A stretch of 64,000 nucleotides of DNA, taken from the NCBI GenBank assembly GCA_964019425.1, contig OZ025800.1, positions 620,001 to 684,000 of the forward strand, read 5' to 3'. The notes under the pieces are model-generated. The model was not told the DNA's origin. It saw only the letters and a program-made list of their open reading frames with translations, and did not search any database. Each line of letters starts with the position of its first letter. Position 1 is the first letter of the stretch. This document shows, piece by piece, positions 47,447 through 61,880 of this stretch. Source of the stretch: Flectonema sp. DT1601. Taxonomy: Eukaryota. The position numbers were made by a program, and so were the translations under genes.

Positions 47447-50400
47447 TTAGTTTTTCATATCTATATCAAACATGGTTGGTCCACTCCACTGTCTGACGGT
47501 ACCATCTGAGTGACCGCTGTAAAGAAATATCGAAAGTTCTTTCTTCCGTTTATCCTTGTCAGTCGAGTACACAATTTCTGATGGAGATGAAGGATAAGAA
47601 GTACCTGACGGATATGTAACATAAGGTCGTGGCTTTGGAGTAAGAGAGATTACTGGAGCTAAAGACTTTGACTCTGGAAGGGAAGAGTGGTTTTTGATAG
47701 TCAAAATACGATCTTTTTCATTCAACGCAATAACCCAAAGACAAATCTTACCAGAACTATGACCCGTTAATATAGGGACCACAATCTCTCTTTCTGGAGT
47801 TTCCAACGGGCTCACCGCAGACAAAGCTCCGTCTGAAGTCGACTTAACCTTCGCTGCTAATGACAAATCACTAGTTCTAAATATATACAAAGTATCTTGA
47901 CTTATGGTTACTAACCATCTTCGAGACGGGATTACTTTCGCATCTAAAACTGCTCCAACATGTTCCTTAAGTGTTCCACAGAATGATCCTTTACTTGTTC
48001 CAACAGACCAGACAACAGGATACCCACCATCAGATGATGAAGATATTAAAAGAGATGACCCAGTGACATACAACAACTGTGTTACTGCCCCCCAATGTGA
48101 CAACATTCGATAACAAAATGTTACTGATGAATACGGAGCTGGAGAACTAGCAGTCCAGCAGGTCAAACCAGCCTGCTGCTGTGCTACCTCATTAACATTT
48201 CTATGTGAAGGATGGTTGAGTTTACATGCGATAATACCATTCTTAGTTCCAATAAAGATAATACCACTACAAGGCATGCTGGTAATACAAGTACCTATTG
48301 AAGTACAAGGAATTCTTAATATATTACTGAGAGTACCATCGCTATTGTGAATACGAAGAAATCCACCTGACTGTCCTCCCAAACCAGGTTTTAACTCAGC
48401 GTATCCCTGAAGTAGTCCAATAGGACAACAATCTTGAGCGGGATGAAGTAGAACTCGATAAGGAAAGTTATCAAGTGGAGATGTCTCTGAGAGGAAATGA
48501 ATAAATCCACCGTTTCGATATCCTCCGTCCCCACCAACGATGCAGCAACTCTTCTCAATACAGTTGACGGCATTGTTGCAGAGATTTTCAACTTTTTGAA
48601 ACGGAATAACACTCGTCTTCGATCCCCTCTTTGGATGTCTCGCCTGCCACAACTTTCGAGGAATCTGACCAAACTGCGCAACTTGAGTAGCTGCAGCCCA
48701 TTTGACAGAGGGTTCATCAGTGTCAACGTTCTTAATTGCTGTGTGGTGATGTTATTAAAGGAAACGTTTTCGTGGACAAGAATTAATTTTCCAAAGAAAG
48801 AACCAAAAACAAGAAATATACCTTTTTTCAATCCTCCAGGGTACGCGAGGTAGAAGAAGACGTTTAGCCGCTTTGCAGCCTCCTCTCCAGACTGGGCGAA
48901 TCCCCAAATTAGATCGAGCCACTCATTTAGATTGTTAGAAACGTATTCAGATTCGAGTGCCTCTCTTTGAACTGCAATGAAATGTTCAGCTGATGATGCC
49001 CAAGGGGGTAGAACAACATCACCGAGTAACTCACCGTCTCTGTTGGTACCCAGATTAAGACTGTTGTGGTTTTTAAGAAATTCTGGGGCGTAGAACAGTT
49101 CCGGAATCAGTTCCTTTACGTCAGTGTTAGAACCTTGACTTGCAGAATGCCAGGCATCAGCAATGCTATGAAATAGTCTGTCAGCTAAATCTAATTTACC
49201 ACCCTGATAAATAACAGCCATACTAGTATATGGTTGAAGCCTTGTTAAGTACCAAAGTACCATCATAGGAGTACTGTAGTGAGATCCACAATGGAATTTA
49301 GGAACCCCACCACAGTCATCTGAACTCCAGTCGGTGTATCTCCTGGCAAAGCTGCTGCTGCGTTTTTCATCGAGTCCTGCCATCGGTTTTGAAAGATTTC
49401 TATAAATAGATTGATCACTTAATCTAATAGTATCAGAAGTGTAATCAGAGATTACCCAAGGGAATACTGGGTATTGATTTAGATCTAAGAATGTCCTTCC
49501 ACTGTAAGAGTTTACAGCTAAGATATAATCGAAATTAGTGAGTAGACGATTTCTCCACAAATGAGTTAGATCACTGATAGTAGCTGAAGACTCGGAATTA
49601 CGAACATAACTGCTGCAAGAAGTTAGCATTCTGTGTGCTTTATTACGAAGGGCTTCATTCATAACTCCAGCCTTGTCGAGGATAGTTAGTAGTAATCCTT
49701 TTCCATTCTCAAGTGAAATCTCAAGAGCTGATGGCTCGTGATGAGTTCTTCGCTTTATAACTTCAGTTACAGCCGAGAGTGGAATCACATAATAATGTGC
49801 TTCCTCAAGAAGATGGATTAGCGTCATGCTGAGGAGGGATTTCTGTTCATCACCTGACTTTGATTTATTTGATACGACTTGACGAAGACCTTTTAACCCT
49901 TGACTGACGATGTTTGTTAATCCAAACCCACCTCCTCCCATAAAGGATGCCATTGAGCTGGTGTTCTTTCCACCAGACGGTGATGTTGATTTCTGTTCAG
50001 TCGTATGTTGTTGACCTCCTTTAGATTTTGCAGGAAGATATTCAAGTGTGTTTCCTTCAGTTACTCTACAGTGAGTCACAAAGTACATAGAATCATGACC
50101 TATAATAAGAACTGTCGGTATTGATTCTAAATATGATATTCGACTGCAGTTAAATATTTCCTGAACGCTGTCCGACTTTGGAACAATGAGAGAACACATC
50201 CAATCAACGGATCTGTTGTTTTTGTTATTTTTATTATTACTTTTGACCTAACAAAAAGAATACATTCGAATAACTAACAAACCTGTAGGATGTAAAACAC
50301 CAATCAGGAGTCTTACAAGGATATATTTTCCATCGAAGAGGAATAAGTCCATCGTCTGATGTCGATACGGCCGATGCTTTTGTTGGAGATAATTCAGATG

Positions 50401-53400
50401 TCGGAGTCCAGGGTCCAAGACGACTACCAACTACGCGGAGTGGAGAAGCCTTTGAATTTCCAAACAGAATTGTTGGAGATTGTACCAACAGTGAAGAGCA
50501 TCTTAATATCACTCCCTCTGTTGTTGAAGGTTTCAGAAGTTGGGGTTCAATGCAACTGCCAGATGTTTCTTCCTCATCATCATCTGCAGCTTCCAACGTT
50601 TCTCTACTCTGCGGACACAACAACGACAACCCAGCTGTCACTTGTTGACAGCGAAAAAGCGTCGGCTGAGTAATTTGTTTCAGCCATTGAGCCATTCGAT
50701 CTTCCCTCCTGCGCAACTGTTGATATGCTGCCAAGTGAGTACCTGTTGTTGATTTGATAAACTCTTGGCTAGCATTATAAAGACAAATGATAAAATTCTA
50801 AAGTAGTAAATACACACCGTAGAAAAACTCTTGGAGTTCCTTCTCGTGTTCAGAGAACCAGACTTTGAACTTACACGTTGACACTGTAGTACCATCAAGA
50901 GTACTGTAGCCATCTAATATACTGAACTTCCTCCTCTTGTCGTCGACGGCAAACACTTCCGACAGTACCGCAGGGGAATGGACTCGGTAGGTATCTATCA
51001 GGAGTCTTAGTATCAACAAAACCTTGTCGCGTACAACGGTCGGAGTAGTTGCATTCGTCTGAGCTTCGAACAACAAAAATAAAAGTCTCTTTAAGAAACC
51101 TGTGTCGCTTCCATTCAATTGGTGCAGCACAGCAGACAATGAGCACAGCATAGCATTCACACCTTCTTCGTAATTAAAGTCAGCTGGTTGCATGCCTGTT
51201 GTGTATTATTTAGATTAGACTAGAGTAATTGAGGAAGTGACCTCTATATAAAGGATGCGATGTACATACGGGGCATTAGTAACCAAAGAGCAACTCGATT
51301 CAACACTCCGCTCCAAATTACTTTACAAATATTCGGACTGAGTTGTTGTTGAGTGTCGATGGTACAGACTAGGTCGGTTACGAAAGTCAGAATTTTGAAA
51401 ACGGGTGTTGGCTTTCCGCTGTACATTCGAGTGACGACATAGTTCAAGACGTCGGTCACATTTTGAAAGTACGACTGGCAGCGAATGATGTCGTTGATGT
51501 CATTGTGAGCTCCCTGAATAAAAGCATTAACGAGTGCTATTTGATACTTCCCGATATCAGTTGGGTCTCGAGAACCGCTCCAATTTAACAACTTGTGGAG
51601 CATCTGTGTAGCGAGGGATCGCTTCTCTGCAAAGTTTTGGTTTCTGCGACTCCGACGACCTGGTGTAGATTAATTGTTTATGGAACTACAACAACTTACT
51701 CAGCAGGGAATATTATTAATAATAATTAGTAACCTATCGGTATTATTTCAATTACATAAGTAAAGTAACAAACCTGAGTACGGAATCACTTCCGGAGCGA
51801 GATCTCGTTCACGACAGAGAAGACGAAGGGCAGATGCTGCAATTTGAACCGCTGTGGACTTTTCGATTAAATCGGAAGTACCTCCCCAGGATGCTAACTG
51901 GGGTGATGGTGATGGAGGGAGGCCTCCGTCTGAGTCACTCCCATCAGATGGTTCTTCTTCTCCCTCACGTTTGTTCCTCGTCGTGGATGCTAAGCTTTGC
52001 GCTCCTACAACAGAATCTATCATTTCATCATCGTGAGTATAAATAACATCATCGTCATCAACATCTGATTGATCAGAGACATCACCTGCTGCTGTTGCTG
52101 CTGCTTGGTGATCAGCTTCTGTTGTGTTTGTTATTTTTCTTTCTTCACACTGAGATCGAAAGACCTTTCACAATAATAATTAATAACATACCTCCTTCAA
52201 CCAAGACAAAATCATTAATAATATCATCCGAAATCATTGAAACCATTGTTGGGAGTACCTCATCATTAAGACCTCCAGACTTACCTAATACACCAAATGA
52301 AAGATCAACAGCAAGGAAGACAGAGAAATCATCCTTTTGAAACACCTGAACCCATTTCGGGTACTGCAGACAACCCTTTATTGATCGAAGTGATGCTTCA
52401 CAGAGTTGCTTTCCGACGAGGTGTAATTCGTGTGAAGCTGCTGACAACCCAGGGGGTGGTGTCTTTGAATCCATACTTTTCGGACTAGGGAGTCCGAAGT
52501 GCTTACGGAGGATAATTAACATTCGGACTTTTGATATTATCTTCAGCCATTTATCACATGCACGCCGGCTCTCACCTTCCAAATAGGACGACATGCAGAT
52601 GGGATGTGTGAGTGCATCAGAGTGCGATATTTGATACCCGCGAGTTAGGAACTGAAATATGATCGGCAGTAAAGCTGTTTGTAAACCGGTCAAATCGTCA
52701 TTTGGACCAGGTTGAAAATCTGGTCTTTCAAGGTCTGCACGTCCATTACCCATTAACATTGTGAGTAAAACTCCGTGAATTTCTGGTTGATTGCACTGGT
52801 TGGATATCGATCTCGCTATAGCGCGGGAGATGTCGGAGTCGATCTTTTTAGGTGTCGAGCCGATAAGAAACTGAAGAAGCTGCAACAACAAGACAGCTGC
52901 AATTGGATGATCTTCTTTCATTAGTAAAGTTTGAATATTTGATAATGGAATCTTCTTCTTCACAATTGACAACAAGTTGTGAAGTGCCGCAAACTGCTGC
53001 TGCACTGACTGCGACACCTGATTAACATGTGGCTTGTGTTTCGCAGAGAAGCTTGGAAGTAAATCAACTGTCCCCAAAACAACACGAAGTAGTAGTACTG
53101 CTCGGTATGTTGCAACACTTGTCTTTGTTTTCAACAGATGTTCAATACAGTCAAACAAGTCACCAACAACAGCTTCAATAATTCCACTAGAACTGGTTGA
53201 TAAGATAGCAATCAAATCAGTTAGAACCATCACTGCTGACTTCACTACTGAAATTGATATTTTATCCGAAGAAATTATTACCAACAGCGGCTTCGCAACT
53301 TCCATTCCGTTTTGTAATCTGGAGGCTGCAATCCCTCGTAGTCTTGAGTGCGATAAGACCAAATGCAAGCGATCAAGTACCTGAGCCTTACTGCTCATCG

Positions 53401-56400
53401 CACATATTTCAGGGTCGAGTAGGACCAGTCTGTTTGTTTGTTTGTTTGTTCGCTTGTTGCTGGTCGTTGCCTGCTATTCACGCCAACTGCTACATTAGAA
53501 TCGCAGTGAACTAAACAAAAAGAAATAATAACACAAACCTTAACATCGGTAGTGATCTGACGATACCACATTTTGTGACAGCGACGTCCGCGAGATTCGA
53601 TAAGAGAGAAGGGTCTCGGGTAAGCACTTGAGGATATTTTTTAATTAGTCCTGCTATGGCGCAGAAGATCGAACTATCAGATGCAAAGACAGGATCAAAT
53701 GGGCCAGCGCTAACAATAAGAGATGAAGTAGCAGTGATTGCTTTAGAAACAGCCAACACAGTAGGTCTTCCAAGTGATAGCTGCTGACCTTCTGAAGCCC
53801 ATCCGAGCAACAAGTGAAGTGCTCCTCTCTGAAGTGCTGTCGTGGCGAGTGTACCTCCAGGAGCTGTCCAAATTGCATTCGTAACATTTCCAAAATATTG
53901 CAATTCTCTCATCACTACTCCGATACATAAACAAACTACTGGAGCTCCTTGATCAGATCCTGATGATGGCATTAGAAGACAAAAAGTATTTGAATGTTGT
54001 CGCGGACTGTTTTCAGAGTTGGCGACTGGCCAGTCTTCTGCCGGCCAATGGATACGCTCAGAAGTTAAGAGGCGAAGACCAATTTCCGGAATCGTATCTC
54101 TTGTGAGTAGATCTCTTTGAAAGTCACGAACATCACCAAGGTCTGAGAATCTATAATCCCCCAAGTATGAAGGTCCTAATAAATGAATTACTTCTGCTGA
54201 ATGAGGTGATAACACGGAACTGATAACTCTCAAATTCGCAACATCAAGACGGCCGTTAATATTAAAAGGACCTGAGTACGGGTCTGATGCTCGAGGTATT
54301 CCCCACCCACACGAGAGCTCAATTTCATTTGCATTTTGAACTAAAGTTGGGTACCCAAGACTTAATTTCTGTCTTTGAATACCATTTACGTGTAATGTTA
54401 GTTCACTGCTGTGTTTTGATAAAAGTTTTGATGCTTTTTGGTGAGTCAGTACGACTGAGTACCAAGTATTTGGTTCAAATGTGAAATCAATGAAGTGATG
54501 GAGTTGTGGGTTTGCTGAAGGTACGGAAATTGGATCAGAAACATCCAACAGATTGGACACCAGAAACAAATGGCCATCATTTCCAATACCAAATTGATAA
54601 AATAATCTATCCCTTCTGGCTCGTAGTAAGACTGGTCCTGATTTACTGTTCTCTTCATTTTTAAAATATTGAAACCAAATAGCGATTGTAAACCCACTAC
54701 TACTACCAACTGTAACATCTCTTGACTTCATATTTAAATAAACATTTGAACATCCACCAGTAAATGACATGTGATTAGTTCTCACTTGTTTTATTTCATC
54801 TCTTTTTAAGGCAGCCAAGCAGTCAGCTGCTTTCTCCAACCAGTTCACAGGACCAGGGGGGTGGTTCATAAATCCAGCGAGTTTCTTTAAGTTGCTGGAC
54901 TGGTGCCACGAAGCCAAGGCGTCGGGAAGTATATTTTTGAGAACAGAATATTTTTTGTATTTTTCATAATTACGAGTCGCCGGATCTGGGGATTCAGGTG
55001 TAAAGTAGTCCAGAAGACCTTCTTCATCAATGTCATCGTCATCTCTTGAGAACCATTCCTTCTCAGATAACTCAACGACTGCGTTAGCAGAGCAAACATC
55101 AAGAGGAATTAAAATCGGAATATTCCTCTCCTTCGTAAGTAACTCGATGCAGTGGATTGCCTCTCCAAAATCTGTCGCATCCAATGAAGGAAGGATTGCA
55201 ATAGCTCCGGACAATGCTGCTGGAAATACTACGTGTCGATTTCTGTTTTTTTTTTTTTTTTTTTAATCCTTAAACTATTCCTCCTCTCAATTCAACATAA
55301 AAAAAAGAAAATAAAAAAAAGAAAAATGAGATATTTCTTCGTCGCTAATTATACACAACCGACATTATATTGAAGGTTTGCTGAGCCACATTTCTTTCTA
55401 ATTTACAAATAATATTTATAAAAGCATACTTAGAGCAACTGGTATCCGGTTTAAGAAGACTGATACGTGTTGTGTTCCCAGACTCGAATTGATGTAATTC
55501 ATCAACAAGTTCTTCGTGAGAGTTGAGAGTTAGCCAGTGACCAGTCGATGCCAGGATGAAATCGTAGAAGGCAGGGAGTGGAAATTGATAAGAAGCTCTT
55601 AAAGCCTTACCAGCACTACTAAACCCTGACATCTCAGGTGTGTAACGAGTGCAAATAGCAGTCACAAGAGCCCACGTTATGCGAGAAAGTATTGGTGCTG
55701 TTGGTGGAGGATCTGGTTCAGCATATGTCTTACCAATACCACTCAAAGGACGCAATAGAGATAACGCAAGTTGAACTCCGCCACAGCATTGGATTCGTTT
55801 TGAAATTGCGAAATTACTTTTAATCTCTGGATCGACTAGTAATTTATGAACCAACAACATACACTGTGCTACATGACTCCAATTAACTCCAACATTACGG
55901 GATGCGTTTGAAATATAAAGAAGAACTCCTTCTAAGAATCCGCTGGGGTCAGGGCTGGGAGCATCTAACTTTAGAACTGAAAATATCATTTTTTTAGAAT
56001 ATGATTGCAGCAGGTTCGATGAAAATGTTTCGATTAGATTTTGAATGCTATCACCAGTCGCCAGACTTCTAATGCATTCGAGTGATATTTTTGTTCCTCC
56101 AGAAGAAAGAACTATTGCAGTGCTGCAAGCTGAGTCAATACAGAGATGAGCATCGTCAAGAGAACCTCTACTTGTGTTACTCTCAAAGGGAAACTTATGT
56201 AATGCTTGAATAGTACCAATCACAACAGCTTCAATACCTGATTCATGTAGTAGTTGTTGATATGACGTATCAAGTTTTATAAACTGATGAAACATCTTAT
56301 AAAGAGACCACACAACTCTAAATGGTAACTCATTACTGTTAGTTCTTCTAACAGCTACTCGAATAGCGTCGTGAGGACTTTTGTCGAGTTGCTGAACACA

Positions 56401-57855
56401 AAACTGAATCAACTGAATAACTGAGACCTGACCAGTCAATTCATAACTTTCTAATTTTGCGAGAAGGGCTGCGAGTAGCGGCGTGTCTTCAGTTAAAATG
56501 TCATAATTAGAAATATCATCCATCAATGCCTTCATAATACATTCACATATTGCTTGCTGACTCGAACCAGGTACTTGAACTGCTATCTCAGGTAGCTTTG
56601 CGAATATCGCGGAATTCTTAACCAACTGTTGTTCACAACCTCTTCGCATTTTCGTATCGATGTATCCGAGATTGCAATATACGTGAATGACATCATCATG
56701 CTTTGTTGTACACTTTATCACAGCATCTACCAGTGTTGAGATATTGCTTATCAGTTCCTGTCCTGGTGATGTTCGTAGAGGTGTTTCAGAATCGCATAAA
56801 ATACGACAAATTGACAGCAGGCATCTCAAATGGTAGTAGGTAGTCGTCGCTGTTCCTCCTTCCTGCAATGACTTGAATACCATTTGAATTGGTCCACATT
56901 GAGCAAGTGACAGTTGATTCCCCTCACCAGAACTACACTTTACTAAGATGTTTGTTAGTTTTGGTAGTAGTAGTTCACAAGTTGAGTCGTTGTGATCACT
57001 TCTTAAGATGATTTGTAAAATTATTAAATTACAACCACTTCTAATTAAGTCATCAACACACGACTGATAACCTGACATCAACATCAGTGAATCACTAATC
57101 CTGGTGATCTGGTCAGAGTTGTTTGATCCTGTCAGTTGTTTTATTGTTTTCATAATTGAGTAAAGAAAAGAGACGATCAGAACACAACTAACATACCAAC
57201 AGTAGCATTTAAATTAACTCTCTCCATCAGTGTAACTAGTAATGATGGAACTGATACTGACGCGACTGAGTTGATTAATTTCATTCTCAAGTCGATTGTC
57301 TTCTTTTTGTCTTTCTGTCTGTCAATACTGCAGTACGCATTGAAGAGAGTTAGACACCAAATAAGTTGTTCTGATTCTAGGAGATTGTAAATAGTTACTT
57401 CAGATCCTCCCAATGCAGCTCGTATGTGACGGGCGAGGTCATTAGCGATTGTTGAAGTCAGTAGCTGTCCATCATCGAATACCTGTTTTGTATTGTTTGT
57501 AATCACACAGAACATAATGATAAATACTCATAATAATAAATAATAACATTCAAGTCTCACACACCGTATTGAATGATGTTCGAGATGAAAGAAGTCCGAT
57601 GGCCACCTCGGCGATCTTTGGAATTATTTTCCATTTGTCGTTAGAGGATTCAAATTCAGACCAAAGTTGCTTCCCTTCCGTAACCTTTTTAATATCTCCC
57701 CATCCAGTCTGTTCCTCTTCTTGAGAGTCTTCCTCCTCTTCAACAGGAGCTGAGTTGAGATCATCTACAGACGATTGTTTGTCGCGGGGCTTAGATCCGA
57801 AAGCAGCCTTCTTCGCAGACTTGAACATGCTCCGAAAGCCGCTCGAAAGAGACAT
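47447..57855 (-). CDS. Large multi-exon BEACH-domain protein (ConA-like, PH-BEACH, WD40)
   Basis: BEACH motifs TNFDY, SGRTFLDLNQYPVFPWV, HCGSHYS, DVKELIPELFY, REALESEYVS, WLDLIWG. Upstream PH-like and LamG/ConA-like segments, downstream WD repeats. About 11 ORF segments separated by short GT-AG introns. Confidence 0.9.
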
Positions 57856-59634
57856 CCAACTGCCTGCTAACCTCCCCTGCTAGCATATTAGTGTCTAAGG
57901 TAAATAAAATGATAATTTAAAATAACAGATAGTTTGAGCACCCCACAACAAAGACCAGCATCATACCATATTGTTAACAAGTAAACACCTAAGAGGGAGA
58001 AATAATTAGCAACAAACAACAACTTAACCAACTTGACACTTCGAGGGGTAGCTTTGGAGATGAATGGGATCCATAAATAGGAGGACTTCGCCACTTCATT
58101 TGTCATATTTAGGGTTTGGGGATCAGTTCTACTCATTAATTTCTTACTGAATGTAAAACATTCGTCGTAACCTGCCATCTCCTCGTACCGAAGTGTTGCC
58201 TCAAGCAACTTGAACTTCACGCGAGTTTGGTCAGTTTTTTTGCAATACCTTGTTTTTTATTACCCGGAATCCAAAAACAAGTTCCTCGAACAACAACGTT
58301 GTCACTTTTTTTGATCACCGTGGATATAACTTTTTTTTTTTTTTTTCGCTTATTTTTTTTTTTTTCCCGGTTTTTAATCAGTCATCTCCTTATCTATAAA
58401 CAAATCAAAAAGAAAAAGAAAAAAAAAGTCACTGGGCTAGCCATACCAAAATAAAGAAGTTAGACAGCGGCTCTGATGAGTGTCGTATCGCCTCAACCGC
58501 TGTTTTCTTTTTTTTTTAAATCCGAAAAAATATTGATTGACTCATGAGCAGTAACGGATATTCAGTAGTGTTATTTTATGTCACTTTCTGTTCATTCACT
58601 CAAATATTTTTTTTTTCCAAAAAAACAATTACAGCAAGAGATCGTCGAAACTAAATGTGTTCTGGACGTCTTTTTAGGAAGCATTAAAAGAAATTTTTCT
58701 TTTTTTATCTTATTTTTAAAGAAAATCTTTTTTTTTCGATTTTTTTTTTTAATTCATCAGTGACAGTTCGACTAGCAAAAAAATCAAAAAGGCGTAATTA
58801 CTACTACTCAACGCTCAACAAGTTTGAACGCAGAAGTGGACTGCGTCTCCGTGTACGAGAACTCCAGCTTCCTCGCAACATGTCGTAGGAATCAGAAACC
58901 AGTCAGCAACTTTGTGCTAACCAGATAATCTAATTCAAGTCGTTGTGGGAGGGCGCGCTTTTACTCCTTTTTTTCGTATAGAAGACAACGAAAGAAAAAA
59001 AAAAAAAAAAAAGGAAAAAAACAAGTTGGGTGGGAAATGGAAAAAAAAGTAACGAAAGAATAAGTTTGAATTTAAAATTCCACCCTTGAAGAGGGCAAAA
59101 AATAAAAATTAAAAAAAATTGTGACAAGTAACCCGTCTTAACTAAAATAACAAATGAGCCGCGTTCCTAGTCTTTTTTAGTTGACTTACTTTCGTAAGTG
59201 TGCTAGTAGCTGTTTGCTCCACCTTTCACAGTCCAACATTTGTTATTTTTTTTTGTTTTCTTAGTGATTGTTCTCACTTTCCTGTGTCTCTCTTTTCTTA
59301 TTTTAATTTTAATTTTTTTTGATTTTTTTTTTTTAAAAAAGGGAAAAAGGGGGAGAAAAAAAAGGAAAAAAAAAAGAAGAAAAAAAGAGCAAAGAAAGAC
59401 TGTCAGCAAGGGGGATACAACACCTGCGCTGTGCCCACGGATTTTTTTTTTTTCTTTTTTTTTTTTCTTAAAAAGTATTTCCCCCCCCCCCCATATATCT
59501 AAAAGTGTATTGTAATTGGTTAATTAGCTGTACCACTGTTCTCTTGTTGTTTTTAATTAATTAATTTATTTCTTGTTTTCTTTTTTTTTTTCTCTCTCAA
59601 ATTATCAATTTCCTATAGCCTCTCTCCTATCGCA

Positions 59635-59927
59635 TTAGTCAATTTTAATACTTCCATAGATCTGCTTCACGAAAGAAAGTGATGCAAAGAATCCAACAGT
59701 TCCTAACATGAGGAATACGGCATAACATATAATTAACATGTATCCAAAATAAAATGACAGCTGCAACAATCCGTACATGTGAGATTCATCGACCCAGTAG
59801 TAAAAAGAATAAGCGTACATAAAGAATCCAGTTGCTCCACCAGACAAAATCGAACGCCACCACCAGTTGTGATCTTCAATTGAGAGTTGAAGGTAGGTGA
59901 GGGACACGGTAATGCAAGCAGTCACCT

Positions 59928-59961
<34 letters not shown>

Positions 59962-61584
59962 AATTTTATTAAATTAACAACCTCAACGCAAGATTGATTA
60001 ATAATAAATAAAATACATACCAACAACAAGATTCCAAACACCAGAAACAAGATGCTGTACGGAGTAAACAATTGATGTCCCCACAAGGACATATAGACGT
60101 AGTACAACTCAACATAAATCGCTGAAAATGGTAAGAAACCCGCGACAGCAACATGGTAAGCAGGAGCTCTCCACCATGGAGCCAGAGGGATCTGTCTAGC
60201 AACCTGCTTAGTGCGACATGGTGCATTCAGTGAGTCACCAGTGTGTTTACCAAAGATAGCACCTGTTTGTTGTTATTATAATTATGTTGGTTGGTTTGGA
60301 AATCTAATCACGGAATCTAAATAAACATACCTGCAAGGGTGAGAGGGAATGCTACCAATAAAAACAAAGCGAAGAGGGCAAATACGGTACCCGCTGGCAA
60401 TGCTGATGTTGAACCCTTCGCCCATGCGATTGAGTTGAGAACTGACCAGATGATAAAAACTGGAAGAACAAATAATCCACATGTCAGGAGAACATTGTGA
60501 ACCCATTGCTCACCTCCAAGCTTCTTGTAGAACGAACCTGACGTGTATCCACTGGCGATAGCAGTAAGAGAATAGATTACAATAATTGAAGCGTACATGG
60601 TACCCCTTCCATGAGCGTAAAAGACTCCAACAACAGATAACGTCAACATGAGTACGAAGATTAATAACAATTGAACTCCACATCCCAAAATAGAACAAAA
60701 TAATGAAGCGTGTGATGGGAATCTAAACACATCGGCGTGAATTAATTTCCAACCAGTCTCATCTGGTTCTTCGTTGTCGTACCTGTTGTTATTTATTAAT
60801 TTGTTCGAATAAGAACAGTACTGATGGATTACTAGAAAGTAACATACCTCTGAAAATCTTTCTTCAGAAGCCTACTTGTGATGAATGCTAAGAAACCAGT
60901 TAAGAGAACAACAAGAATAAATGAATTGATTATAGAAAACCATTGGATCTCTATCTCTTCAACGAATATCTCTTTTGGGTTACTCGAAGTACGATCTTCA
61001 AACTGCACGAATGTCTCAGACCACTGCGCTGAGTATGTGAACTTAACTTTCATTGGCTCTCCTGGTGTCAGCTTTACTCTGTGTGCAGGAGATGTAAAAA
61101 TCTGAGCTTCAATAACTCGATCACGATTGTAAGTAAAATTAAAATCATGATTAGTAAACAGATACACATTACCCTTTTGATCATATTCTCCGATGTATGC
61201 TTTCAGTGGGATCTCATCAAAGTACATACTGAAATGCCAAAAATGAAGAATCGATTCATTAAATGAAGTAATGTCTTCAGGAGTTAGGTTTAATGTACAG
61301 AGTTCTGTTGTTGGTACATTTGCTTTGAAATGTAACTTGTAGTTGGTGTAATATATCTTACGGGACCCTCCTAATACCTCACCCAAAGTTTGTGTTTTGT
61401 ACACCATCGAAGGTGGTCTACAAAATGCTAAATTAAAAAATGGATAACTCTCACTTGGGTTAGCATCCGGTACTAAGTGGTCTGCAAATAAAGCAATCGC
61501 CTCATCATCATCATACCGCTGGTCATCATGCCCATGACAGAGACCTACCAGGGCAGCAAACCAGACTATTGCAACCCTATTCAT
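59635..61584 (-). CDS. TM9SF: Transmembrane 9 superfamily (nonaspanin/EMP70) protein; 4 exons
   Basis: Signal peptide. Motifs NPSESY, LGEVL, IQWFSIINS, GWKLIHADVFRFP, GFLPFSAIYVEL, EDHNWWWRS and C-terminal IYGSIKID. Confidence 0.93.
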
Positions 61585-61880
61585 GTTGCTGATGGCCTGT
61601 AAGATAACAATTCATTTATTTATTTAATATTATTTTTACAATAAGAACAATACAATACAATTAGTATGCAGGAAATTCCGCACATCTCATATCCCACAAC
61701 AGGATAGAGGCAATAATGGAGTAGGGAAATAACTCTACAGTAATACACAACAATTAAAATTCATAATATTAGTAAGGATAAGTTTACAAGTTGGTCACAG
61801 CAATAAATGCCGAAATAGAATGTGTACGCATACTATAAGTCAACAATGTATTTGCACACAGAGATTAAACTGTAAGTTTA

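Noticed and set aside
47447..57855. Frameshifted pseudogene or alternative genetic code for the fragmented BEACH ORFs
   Set aside because: The breaks I examined coincide with short AT-rich GT-AG introns, and long single-exon genes translate cleanly in the standard code.
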